64,000 nt of DNA, from NCBI GenBank assembly GCA_043228905.1, contig JBHGNT010000007.1:13268001-13332000 (forward strand). Direction: 5' to 3'. Positions 36,323 through 47,900 of this stretch are shown here, piece after piece. The translations under genes and the position numbers were made by a program. The stretch comes from Azolla caroliniana (lineage: Eukaryota > Plantae > Polypodiophyta). Numbering within the stretch: position 1 is the first letter of the stretch; every line of letters starts with the position of its first letter. The notes below the pieces were generated by a model that was not told where the DNA came from, ran no database searches, and saw only the letters and a program-made list of their open reading frames with translations.

Positions 36323-36475
36323 ACGGTTCACCGATGATTTTACTTGCATTGGGTGTTAGTATTCTTGTTAGCCACTTGCAGCTTCTAAAACCGCCACTTT
36401 CAAACACTTAGTCGCCATTGTTCGCTCCTCTATTGCTAGCTAGCCATTGCATCTATATCTTCGTATGTTAATTAA

Positions 36476-36555
36476 CTTGTGTATAATCTTGTGTATAATC
36501 TTGTGTATAATCTTGTGGATAATCTTGTGTATTGTTGTGTATAATCTTGTGTATT
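36476..36555. repeat. 12-bp tandem repeat (CTTGTGTATAAT)n
   Basis: About 6 copies, some imperfect, seen directly. Confidence 0.9.
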
Positions 36556-36749
36556 GCAAAATAATTTCGTGTATTGTTGTTGCAGATAGTCATCACCGCC
36601 ACCACACTTGCACACTTGCCACCACTGTTCCCAACGGTGGTTGCAATTGCCACTGTGTGCTCTGGAAAACGGTGGGATCGCTCTTGTCAATAACCGGTTT
36701 GCATGTGGTATAGTCATTTAACGTCTCGTTGTTTTTTTCAATTTACTAA

Positions 36750-37516
36750 TGAAGATGTCAAGTCAGATGGAAGGGGAAGGAGGGTGTTCAGCCCTCATGG
36801 ATAATTAGGATAGGGATTAGGCTATTAGTACACAACAAGTGATTCAAAAGTATTGGGAAGAAAAAAAAAGGAAACGTCATCAAAAGTTAAACGATAAGAA
36901 AGATGCATCAACTAAAGGTAAGGATAGTGTTGGTTGTGATGTAGATCTGAATACCACTAAGAATGGAAGTAATAAGACTACTAACATAGAAAGAAAGCTC
37001 GTAGACTATTTCAATGTTGTGACCAAGCACATCAACAATGAAGACACGAAGGTAATACTTTATGGAATATTAAATGATCCATTGATAAAAGAATTAGTTG
37101 ATTTTGATGCTCTCAATGGAAACCTAACATCTGTATTAGTAAATAATCTCCGTAATAGTTAAGTCAACATGAGCAGGTTAGAAGATGATCTTGTCTTAAA
37201 AAGTTCTAGTCTAATGATGGTACTTAATAGTGATGTTGACGATGATGATCTTAACATCAGTGTGCTATCTAAGGTAATTGTTGGTAGTAGAAAAAGTGTG
37301 TACAATACAATGAACCGATTAATTTCAGGTGGTGAAGGAAGTAGTCTGCTAAATGTAAGCCAATGACACCCATAACATCAAAAATCAAGGATATAATCAC
37401 CATATTTTGGACTAATGAGAGTAGGGTTTCACCCAATAAGAAGGATTTGTGTAGGAAACGTTTTGGAAAGAATCAATATGAGGAGCATCCCATTCATCTT
37501 CTTGAAGTACCTCAGG
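36750..37516 (+). pseudogene. Degenerate N-terminal fragment of a putative DNA transposase (Sola-like)
   Basis: Stop-broken frame ending IFWTNESRVSPNKKDLCRKRFGK, recalling the F..D..SR..P..KD motif I associate with Sola2/3-type transposases; possible GT donor after CCTCAG at 37515. Confidence 0.4.
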
Positions 37517-37709
37517 TCTTTACATTAAATATTTCATCTTCTGTTTTGATTATTAAGCTTATTATCACAAGTCTATGCACTATTGACATTACAATCACTA
37601 GGTAATTAACTGCAATAACTTGTGGCCTGAGCTTCTATCTACATCAGGACATAGCTGATTAGCTATATTCAGTTGTAGTCAAGGCTAATTAGGTAAATAG
37701 CTACATTAG

Positions 37710-37945
37710 GTATCGGCCATAGGGCATAGAACTAGCTCATGACCTCTCACTGTAGAATACCCCGATAGAAAAGACGAATGAACTTTTCGCGCAACTGCTG
37801 GAAATCCCGGAATTCTGCCAAGTTGTGTTGCGAATACCAAATGGTCTCTTGCCCTTCTAACGATAAGCCGAACTCGGCTTTCTTAAATGCATTTGTGTCT
37901 TGCTCAACCACTCTCTATGATACGTGGTTGGCCTTCCGCATTGTC
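37710..37945 (-). pseudogene. Gypsy gag fragment related to element B
   Basis: Translates KANHVS*RV...KKAEFGLSLEGQETIWY...LREKFIRLF, matching B gag EANHVSQRL...KIAEFGTTLEGPAARW...LKTRFLQFF. Confidence 0.8.
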
Positions 37946-37951
37946 AGGAAG

Positions 37952-38121
37952 TGTTGAGAGTCGAACTCAACTTCCCATAGAGATAGGTTTCACACTAGCT
38001 CATGGACACACCATGCTAGTTTTGTAAATAGTTGAAAGGGCACTTGCCCTAGCCTAGTTGGTATTTAAACCAACCCTTTGTAACTTAGTTGTCGTTGAAA
38101 GTAATATACAGTTCCTTGTTT

Positions 38122-38158
<37 letters not shown>

Positions 38159-39930
38159 CTTACACACACACACACCCATAGTTATCTTCCGTTGCACTAA
38201 ATCTTTCTTGTTTCTTTCCATGGGATCAGAGCGTGTGGTTATCTGATCAAACTCGCTCAACTGTGTTGTGATCACAACACTGACGATCATCAAAACCGGT
38301 TCAAGCAACAGAGAAGAAATCAAAATCATGAACACTCATATGGGAAGCGCTCTTCCTACAGAGAAGTTATAGATCGAACAAACTTCGGATCTTGGGAGTA
38401 CGGACAAGGCTACTAGAGCTATAATGAAGGTGCCCACGAAATGCAACCCAACCCAACACACGCCGACTACCCAATTTGCGAGCAGGCCGCGAGCCATGTG
38501 TTGTACTACCTTGCATCATGTGTTCATGATCACATGCTCAGCTAAATTCGAGAGTCGAAAACGCTAAAAGAGGTGTGGGGCAATGTCAAGAAAATTTTCG
38601 CAGCAAACACAACTGCACGTAAGTTCCAACTCTGACAGGAGCTAAATAGTATTCAACAGAGGGACGTGTCAATCTGCACCTACAGCTTGAAGTTCAAGGA
38701 GTTGTGCAATGCTCTCGGGTCGATTAATGTCTTCATTGATGATGATGAAATAGTGCAAATATGCCTCGAGGGCTTGGCACCTCGATTCAGCGCAATAAGG
38801 TCGGCCGTTCTCGCGAGAGAGAATCCTCCCTCCTCCGATCTCCAATCGATACTGTTGGTCGAAGAAAATCATGTTTGACAAAGGAACAACTCACATGATG
38901 GTCAGATGCTCTATTCGAACCTCAATGGAGGAAGAGGACAAGGTTGAGGAAATAGAGGAAATAGAGGCCGACACAACGAAGAGCAACCCCATGAAAACAG
39001 CTTCTACTACCGACAAAACGCGTCAAACACGCGAGGCGGAGCGTCCGGAAGAAGGTTGAGCCATCTTGCTAGACCAAGCAATCATAATAGCCCGATCAAA
39101 TGCGGGTACTGAGGAAAAATCATCCTATACGTGGATGATTTGGTAATCAGAGGACTAAATCTAGCCAAAGTCAATACGGTGAAATCACTCCTATCCGGCA
39201 AATTTGAAATGAAAGATATGCAGGAGCTCCATTACTTCCTTGGCATCGAAGTAATTCGGACACCACTCAGGATCCTAATCTCTCAACGGCACTACGTTCT
39301 CAACTTACTCTACAAGTTCGGAATGATCGAGTGCAACCTTGTGTCTACTCCTCTTGACCGTAATCACAAGCTTGATGTCGAGTCCGGCATAGCCGAGTGC
39401 GAGCCAACTCAGTATCGCCAACTGATCGGCAACCTCATCTACCCAACCATCACACGACCTTACCTCAGCTATTCTGTCGACCTACTTAGCCAATTCATGC
39501 AGAACCCACGAAATCTCCATCTTGATTGTGCTATGAGGATACTTCGGTATGTCAATGGTATGATGGATTACGGCATTATGTACAAGTTGAATACGCTTAT
39601 TCGACTCGAAGGGTACATAGACGCGAACTAGGCCGGATATAAGGACGATAGATGATCGACATCTGGATTCGTCTTCTCCCTCGGCAACGGAGCGATCTTG
39701 TGGAGCAGCAAGAAGCAACCGACAGTCGCATGATATCCAGATTGTCGAGCTTGAGGAGTACAACAGGCAACACGGAAGCAGCCAATAAGCAGCCCGATCA
39801 GTTGATCGCAACCGACTAGATGATTTGAAGTACGATGGCGGCAATTGAGCCGAACAAGGAGCATGAAGCCGAAAGCCGAACAAGAGTTCAGATGAGTAGG
39901 ATTACGAAAGCCCAACATTGATTTCCCCTT
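37952..39930 (+). mobile_element. Internally deleted Copia element F
   Basis: LTR 37952-38220 similar to the LTR at 59620-59902; PBS TGGGATCAGAGC at 38221-38232; degenerate gag joined near 39120 directly to RT YVDDL...MKDMQELHYFLGIEV and RNase H WSSKKQPTVA. Confidence 0.88.
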
Positions 39931-40405
39931 CTTCTTCAGATTTTCCCAATCTGCTTTCTGTGTCTTTGCATCTTTGATGTAGCCCAACATTTGATCATGC
40001 ATATAGGATGCAAGGCAGTAAAGCACTCTACTTGTTGTTTGTTCCCAAGCCAAGAAGTCCTTGTGTGTTGCCTCTAGTGCTACTTCATTCACACCTTCAA
40101 TATAACTCCACTATCCATGCCCAAGCAGGTACAGTTGTTGCATCTTGTATTGCCAAGATGAGTAATTGATGCGCTCCAACTTCTCAGTCGATAGTGCATT
40201 TCCCATGTTCCTCCCCATCTTCTTGTTGTTGGTCATTTACTTGTTTTTTTTTGTATGTAACAAAGTCGGCCGCAGAGGATTAACTTAGCCCTCATGCTCT
40301 TATACCATGTAAAGAATGTGAAAATCTCGATACATAGTCGGCCTAACCGAACAAAACCACAACAATGGACAAACAAAGATAGAAACAGCAAATGCAGAGA
40401 TGGTG

Positions 40406-40437
<32 letters not shown>

Positions 40438-40650
40438 TTAAGAAGAAAAAAAGCAAGAGGGGAAGAAGAAGCGAAATTAGTGTTATTGATGCGCTCTCTA
40501 TCGGTAACGGAATTGAGCATAAAGACATGCGTTAGAAAACCCTCGATTAGAGCTTCGTAACGGGATATAACAAGTTAAATTTGGTGGCTTGTACGAGAAG
40601 CAGCAATAGAAATAAGGAATCATGTGTTATTGGAATCCACATACTCAACA
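39931..40650 (-). mobile_element. Copia 5' fragment (LTR 40308-40650, PBS, gag start)
   Basis: Plus-strand GCTCTTATACCA at 40296-40307 abuts TGTAAAG...CTCAACA; gag WEQTTSRVLYCLAS...WENLKK. Confidence 0.8.
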
Positions 40651-41443
40651 CACAATGCGGGTCTTCTATTGTATTCATCATCTTCGACATCTTCAATCGG
40701 GTAAGTTCCGGTTATCTTTTTTGTTCATGAAAAATTGTTTTTATCCCGGAACGCTATCACATCAAGAATAATGGATATGAACATGAATTCCTCTCAAATT
40801 GTGGGGGACATCGATATGGACACAATTGATCCAAAACAGAGTAATGTGACTTTTGAATGTAATTGTGAAAGGGAAGACATTGGAAGCTCTAAGAGGTTTA
40901 AGGGTATTGAGGAAATTTATGAAAAAAAAGCGACATATGCCGAAGTATGAGGTTGACAAGGATCTTTGTAATTGGGATAATTTATGGGGAATTGCCAATA
41001 CCTTGTTGTCTGATATTGTGGGTGAAAATGAAAATGCAGCGAAAGAATGCATTGATGAGGATGTGCATGATGTGGAAGTTGATGTTAAGGCGGTGTTGCA
41101 ATCTTTTGATGTATTCTATGATCGTGCGGTTATATTGTTTTTTACTGGGAAACTACCATACATTAATTGGATTAAACAATGGTTGAACACAACCGTGTCA
41201 CCAAATTGTGTTGAAAATATATATGTAGGAGCACGAGGGTTTTATGGTGTATTGTCTCGTTCACCGAAACATCGAAGTGCATTGTTGGCTAAAGTTCCTG
41301 TGTTTTTGGATAAATGATTGGTGCATGTAATGCAATGGTCCCCCGTTGTGGACTATCATGCTTTGTTATAACAAGAATGCCCCATTTGAGTAACAGTGGA
41401 TTGTAAACATGTTTTTTTATGGCCACTTTTGTCATAGACACGA

Positions 41444-41513
41444 TGGAATGTAGGGGGTTGAACCCATGACCTCTTGGTCTTATTGGGCAACCTTACCAAT
41501 TGAGCTACATCCA
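41444..41513 (-). promoter_or_regulatory. tRNA-derived A-box/B-box cassette at the start of the chromovirus 5' LTR
   Basis: Reverse complement TGGATGTAGCTCAATTGGTAAGG...GAGGTCATGGGTTCAACCCCCTACATTCCA; A box TAGCTCAATTGG, B box GGTTCAACCC. Confidence 0.8.
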
Positions 41514-44500
41514 TCTATGCATTATTGTATTACAATAAGTTTCAATTTATTACATTCTATGTTAATCACTAGAACTTTCAAGAAAATTCTAGAGAATGCA
41601 TCTTCATGCACTCTCTAGAAGTTTCCATGCACTCTCTAGATGTTTCCTAGCTTGCATGCATACCGCCACATTCTTGTATAAATACCTCTTCATCCGATTG
41701 TTTTAGGGCTCTCTTGGTTGGAAACACACAATCTGATGGTGGATTGGTGTAGCCGCTCCATCACTTTTCCACAAACACCAGTGCGGGCCCTTTCCACAAA
41801 CACGGTTACTTGTGTGGGGGTTGTTTTCAGCTTGGGTGCACATTCTTCTGATTTCAACTCAATCTCCGATGTTACCGATTCCGTTGTGGCCAATTCTAGC
41901 ATGGGCATTTCTGTGCCCGTTGTGTCACAGGACATCCCTACTCCTGTCACCACCGCAAGATATAGTGATTTTTTGGACATGTTCAAAAAGCGAAATGCCG
42001 ACCGGTTGCCGGCACATCACCCCTATGATTGCCCAATAGAACTCCAAGATGGCGCACACCCACCATTTAGGCCCATCTATGGGCTATCTAAACCCGAACT
42101 TGAGGCCCTTCACACATATCTAGATGAAAACCTCTCCAAGGGCTTCATTTAACCCTCCAAATCACCGGCCGGAGCCCAAATCTTATTTGTCAAGAAGAAG
42201 GACGGTTCATTATGCCTATGTGTGGATTATCGGGGTCTCAACAAAATTACGGTACATAATCGTTACCCCTTGCCTTTAATTCCAGCACTTCTTGACCGAC
42301 TTTGAACCGGGCGTATCTTCTCCAAAATTGACCTTTGGGGAGCCTACAATCTTGTGCGTATCAAGCAAGGAGACGAGTCGAAAACAGCCTTCCGAACATG
42401 CAATGGACATTTTGAGTACAAGATGATGCCTTTTGGTCTCACCAACGCCCCTACAGTATTTCAGCACATGATGAACAATATATTTCGGGAGTATCTCGAT
42501 CACTTCGTGGTGATCTACCTTCATGACATTTTAGTTTTTTCTTCCAACATAGAGGAGCACATCTGACACGTCTGATTGGTTCTATCCAAACTTCGGGAAC
42601 ATGGACTTTACGCCAAAAGTGAGAAATGTGAATTCGATCGAACCTCTGTCAAATTCCTAGGCTACATGATTTCACCCTCCAGGATCACAATGGATGCACG
42701 CAAGGTAGCGGCAATCACCGATTGGCCTATCCCTACTCGGTTGAAAGAGGTACAATCATTTCTTGGTTTTGCAAATTTCTATCGACGATTTATCAATGGT
42801 TTTTTGTCTTTAGTACAACCTCTAATCATCCTTACCAGAAAAGATACTCCATTTCTTTGGACCTCTATGGCGCAACGTGCTTTTGATGCCCTCAAGGCAG
42901 CTTTTCTCACAACCCTAGTGTTGGTCCACCCCGACCCCACAAGGCCCTTCCAAGTCGAAACTGATGCCTCCGACTTTGTCATTGGAGCTGTCCTATCCCA
43001 ACCAAACGACGAGGGCACACTACGTCATGTTGCCTTCTACTCTCAGAAGTTTACCGCCCTGGAAATCAATTATCCAGTCTACGACAAGGAGCTGGCAGCA
43101 ATCATATCTGCCTTCACCAACTGGCGACCCTATTTGGCTGGGGCCCAACATCGCATCCAGGTGCTGACCAACCACAAAAATCTAATTTACTTCACCACCA
43201 GTTGTACATTGAATCGGAGGCAAACCCGATGGTCATCTTTTCTCACTGACTACGACTTTGAGATCTTGTTTCAACCCAGAGTTCAACATGGGAAAGCTGA
43301 TGCCCTCTCTCGGCGACCTGATTTTGCATTGCACCCAGGAGATGATGCATATTCACAACAATCCCATTGTTTGTTGCGGCCCAATCAACTTCAGATGTTC
43401 TCCACCTGCATGTTACATGATGATTCTTTGCTCAACGAGATCGCCACGGCAACCATGTCAGACCCATTCACTGAAGAAATCATGGGCCGCATTAATGACC
43501 CATCTCCGGACATGAAAAGCTCATATCTCAACCAATTTACAACCCGGGATGGGTTACTATATCGTAATCATCTCTTGTACGTTCCCAAAGGATCATGTCG
43601 TACACAGGTTCTACAAAACTGTCATGATGATCCTCTTGTCGGCCACTTTGGGGTTATGAAAACCCTAGAATTGCTATCTCGAGGGTTTTGGTGACTCCAA
43701 CCTTGGAAATTTGTTAAGGAATTTATCAAGACATGTGATGTATGTGACCGGTCCAAAATGCCTCACCATCGGCCATATGGTCTTCTCCACCCGCTCCCCA
43801 TTCCACGTCGACCATGGGTCTCTCTATCCATGAACTTTATCACTGACCTCCCTCTGGTTGGTGGACATGACACGGTGCTAGTCATTGTCGATCGGTTTTC
43901 GAAGATGGCTCGCTTTGTTCCATGTTCCAAAACCATTTCTGGGGAAGAGACAGCTGATCTTTTTCTTCAAAATGTTGTTCGATTACACGGCTTACCCGAG
44001 GATATCACCTCTAATCGAGGTTCTCAGTTCATTTCCCACTTTTGGCGACAACTTCTACAAACATTCGGGACTTCTGTCAACATGTCCTCAGCATAACATC
44101 CTCCAACTGATGGAAAAACGGAGCGAGTCAACCAAATCCTCGAACAATACCTTCAGTGTATCGTGAGCTACCAACAGGAGGATTGGGTGGACTTCCTTGC
44201 AATGGCGGAATTTTCTTACAATAATAGTATCCATGCTTCGACTAAGATTTCCCCTTTCTTTGCAAATTATGGATTTCACCCTCGTTTCAGCATTTCCATA
44301 CCTGTAACTTCGGTCAATCCTTCAGCAGAGACGTGTGCCCACGCTTTACACGATGTCCATCGTGACCTCTCCTTGGAGCTCCATGTTGTTGGTGACCATT
44401 ATAAAGATCAAGCGGACCAACATCACTTAGCTACACCGACGTTTGCAATATGGGACATGGTTTGGCTGTTACGTCATCACATCGCCACCACATGTCCTTG

Positions 44501-44927
44501 TGCAAAATTGGACTACAAAAGACTAGGCCCCTTTCGTATCATCGAGTGGATCAACCTAGTCACCTTCCGGTTAGCACTTCCTCCAATATTCTGGATTCAC
44601 GATGTTTTTCACATTTCCCTCCTCGAACTCTACCATCCTTCTCGAATACCAGGACAACACCCTCCTCCACTGCCACCTGTGGAATTGTCGACGGGCAAAG
44701 AATATGAGGTTGACCAAATCCTTGACTCTCGATATTGTTGTTGACAACTCCAATATTTGGTATTATGGAAAGGTTACCCCATTTCGGACGCCACATGGGA
44801 ACCAGTTACACATTTACAAAATGCTCCGGAGGCCATTCGCGATTTTCATCAACAATACGCACATAAGCCTGTATAGTTGTGAGTCCAGGGAGGCAGCCTT
44901 AGAGGGAGGATAATGTCATAGACACGA

Positions 44928-44998
44928 TGGAATGTAGGGGGTTGAACCCATGACCTCTTGGTCTTATTGGGCAACCTTACCAATTGAGCTACATTCCA
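44928..44998 (-). promoter_or_regulatory. tRNA-derived cassette in the chromovirus 3' LTR
   Basis: Same as 41444-41513, closed by a perfect 10-bp stem TGGAATGTAG/CTACATTCCA. Confidence 0.8.
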
Positions 44999-47900
44999 CC
45001 TATGCATTATTGTATTGTATAAGTTTCAACTTATTACATTGTAAGTTAATCACTAGAAGTTTCCATGCATTCTCTAGATGTTTCCTAGCTTGCATGCATA
45101 CCACCACATTCTTGTATAAATACTTCGGTGTACAACACCAGTTACGAAAGCATAATTTAGTTCTCTCTCTTTTGTCTACCCTCTCTCCCTCTTGTTCTCT
45201 TGTCTATGCTCCTCTCTATCTATATATCTATATTTCTCTCTTTGTTAATATTGAGCTCGCCTGCTTGTCCTTGCCCTCGTCTACGTCCGTGACAACTTTT
45301 ACCAAAGTTGATGAGTCAAATGGGTAAAGTGTTGGTATCTCCACATGCAAATGCTACAAATAAGTGTAGATTTTGTGTGTTATGGGATACAAGTCATAAG
45401 AGGCCAGGATGGGTGCATATGAATACACCTGGTATGAAAAGACTTTGTTTTAAATTGAAGTGGGAGACATTTGCAGGTCATTGTTTTGGATGTGGTTAAT
45501 GGGGTTACTTTATGGCGGAATGTCATCGTAATTGTCCTTCAACTATAGATGTTCCTAATGAAGGGAATGGTAAGGAAGGAGTTGGGAGAGATGTTGGTGT
45601 GTCCGATATTGTGGTTGTTATGGATGAAGGAACTTCATCTAGAGCGGGTTATAAAGAGGCTTCACTTCAAGGCTTGGGCCCTAAGAATAAGGGGGCTCAA
45701 TCTGTGGATATGGAAAAATTGTTGGATAGAACTAGTTGTGATGTTGCTGTTGAAAAGGATTGGCATCAAGTGGCAAGTCGAAGGGGAAATCAATGAATAT
45801 GCAACGTAATAGTTTGCCCACTAATCGTGAGACCACTTGGAAAGGTAATTCTGGAACTAGGGAGGGTCCTCGAAAAGTTCCTTGGCAAAGACAATTTAGG
45901 GATAAGGGATTACCCCTTCACCTTCAATTTGATTCATTGGGATAGGTTGTAAATACATCAAATTCTCGAGGTTTTCGTCAAGCAGGAGAACCTAAACAAA
46001 AGATTTTGATAGATGGTCCTAAGGATGTGGTGCATGAAAATCCATATGCAGCATTGGAACATGCTTTGACTAGTTTCATGACATCGGTTGCTCTGAAGGA
46101 GCAAGTGCACCCAAAACATTGTTGATTGAATGAAAGTGGTAACATGGAATGTGAGAGGGGCATGTTCTCCTCATAAGAAGTATATATTATGGCAAACTTT
46201 GTTAAGTAAAGAATGGGATGTATTATGTGCAATTGAGCATAAGTGTCATGAGTTAGCAGGATCCATAGTTCGTTTGCGTGGACATTCGTCATTCTATGTA
46301 GGACATCTTAATAATCATTATTTAGGTGTGGTATTAATCGTGCGGGATAAATATTATCCTCAGGTGGTGCATAATGATCCTTATGGTCGGTTTTGGTTCT
46401 AGAAATCACTTTTTTTGGCGAGGTTATGTGGGTGGTTGGGATTTATGCCCCTAACCAAGCCACTCAATGTATTGCATTGTGGGGCACACTCCTTCAAACT
46501 CTATGTGTGGGTCATCCAAGATTTCTTATGGGTGATTTTAACATGTGTGTTGATGCATCTCAATCTACGTCTGGATGATCCTGAGCAACTTGCTTGGGAT
46601 TCATTGGCTATGGAGGTTCCAAAGTTGGATGTTTGGACATGGTTGCATTGAAATGATCCAAGTTTTACTTTCCAATCCGCTCAACATAGACAAACATGGA
46701 GTCGGTTAGATAGAATGTATGTGATGCACAATGGTGTTTTTTTACCGACATCACTTCGTATGACAGTTTTACAAGATATAGCAACTCTAGATCACTTTCC
46801 TATTTGTTTGGAGGTTTGCGGTCATGCAATTGACATGTATAAGTCTTTACTTGGAAAGCCTCCATTACGCTTTAACTCTTCTCTTTTGCTTCAACCTCAC
46901 TTTGATTCTCTCATGGAGCAAATTTTGGTAAATTTTTCACAAGAAGTGAATCTTAAAGGAGTTAAAGCATGGGATATCACATTACGAAACATTAAAATCA
47001 TTCATCGTATGTATGGAGTAACTAATGCTCAACGAAGAATAGGTCTTCTAGAACAATTCTCACAAGTTGTCTCCTGATGTAATGCATTATTGACACATGC
47101 ACCATTAGATGAGGAGCTTTTGGATATTCAAAGTCAATTGCATGTTATTATTTCTCAGTTGCAATGCCAAAGTTATCATTATGTGAAGATGCGACAATTG
47201 AGGGATGGGCTCATAGATAATCAATGTCAATCTCATTTGTTTTTCCAAGCATTACATCCTACTTATACTCGATCTAATGTGGTACATATGAAGCAAGGGG
47301 ATGAATGGATAGTGGATCCTATGACAATAATTGACATATGTGTTCATTACTTTAAGGAGTTGATTGGCCCACAATTGTTAATGACAAATGAGGTGAGTAG
47401 AGCAGATCATGAGTTTTATGATGTGGTTGGATGTATTGTGCATGACCTCATTAGTCATGAATTGGATGCAGATGTCACTGAGGATGAGGTGGACAAATGT
47501 TTAAGGCATCTTCCTAGTGGTAAGAGCCCCGGTTGGGATGGCTTGACAAATGAAGTTTTTAAGCGATATTCGAACATTTTAAAGGGTCCCTTAACTTTGA
47601 TGTTTCAACATTCATGGGATTCTGGTCGTATGCCTCAAGCTTGGAGGTTGGTCTAATTAAATTAATTCCAAAAGTGGCATCTCTAGAGTCATTTCATCAA
47701 TGGAGACCTATTTCTTTGATGGGGGGGTTGTATAAGATATTTACAAAGGTCTTGGCAAATAGATTACAAAAGTATTTGCCAAAGTTGATACATCCCGCCC
47801 AATATGGTTTTGTTGCAGGTAGGAATATATTGCATAATGTGTTGAATGTTCAAATGGCTATGGATTATGCTTGAAACACTCATCAAGAATTGATTATGGT

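Larger units (their letters stand above)
41430..45294 (+). mobile_element. Chromoviral Ty3/Gypsy element (Tcn1/Tf2-like) lacking gag and PBS
   Basis: 5' LTR from 41430, truncated just after TATAAATA near 41685; 3' LTR 44914-45294; TSD ACTTT; PPT AGAGGGAGGATAA; RT KTAFRT...MPFGLTNAP; RH ETDASD...YDKEL; INT; chromodomain EYEVDQILDSR...YLVLWKGYPISDATWEP. Confidence 0.95.

Noticed and set aside
41444-41513. Functional tRNA gene (also 3153, 44928, 20247, 23013, 791)
   Set aside because: The D-stem and anticodon arm cannot be paired into a proper cloverleaf; only promoter boxes and terminal pairing remain.
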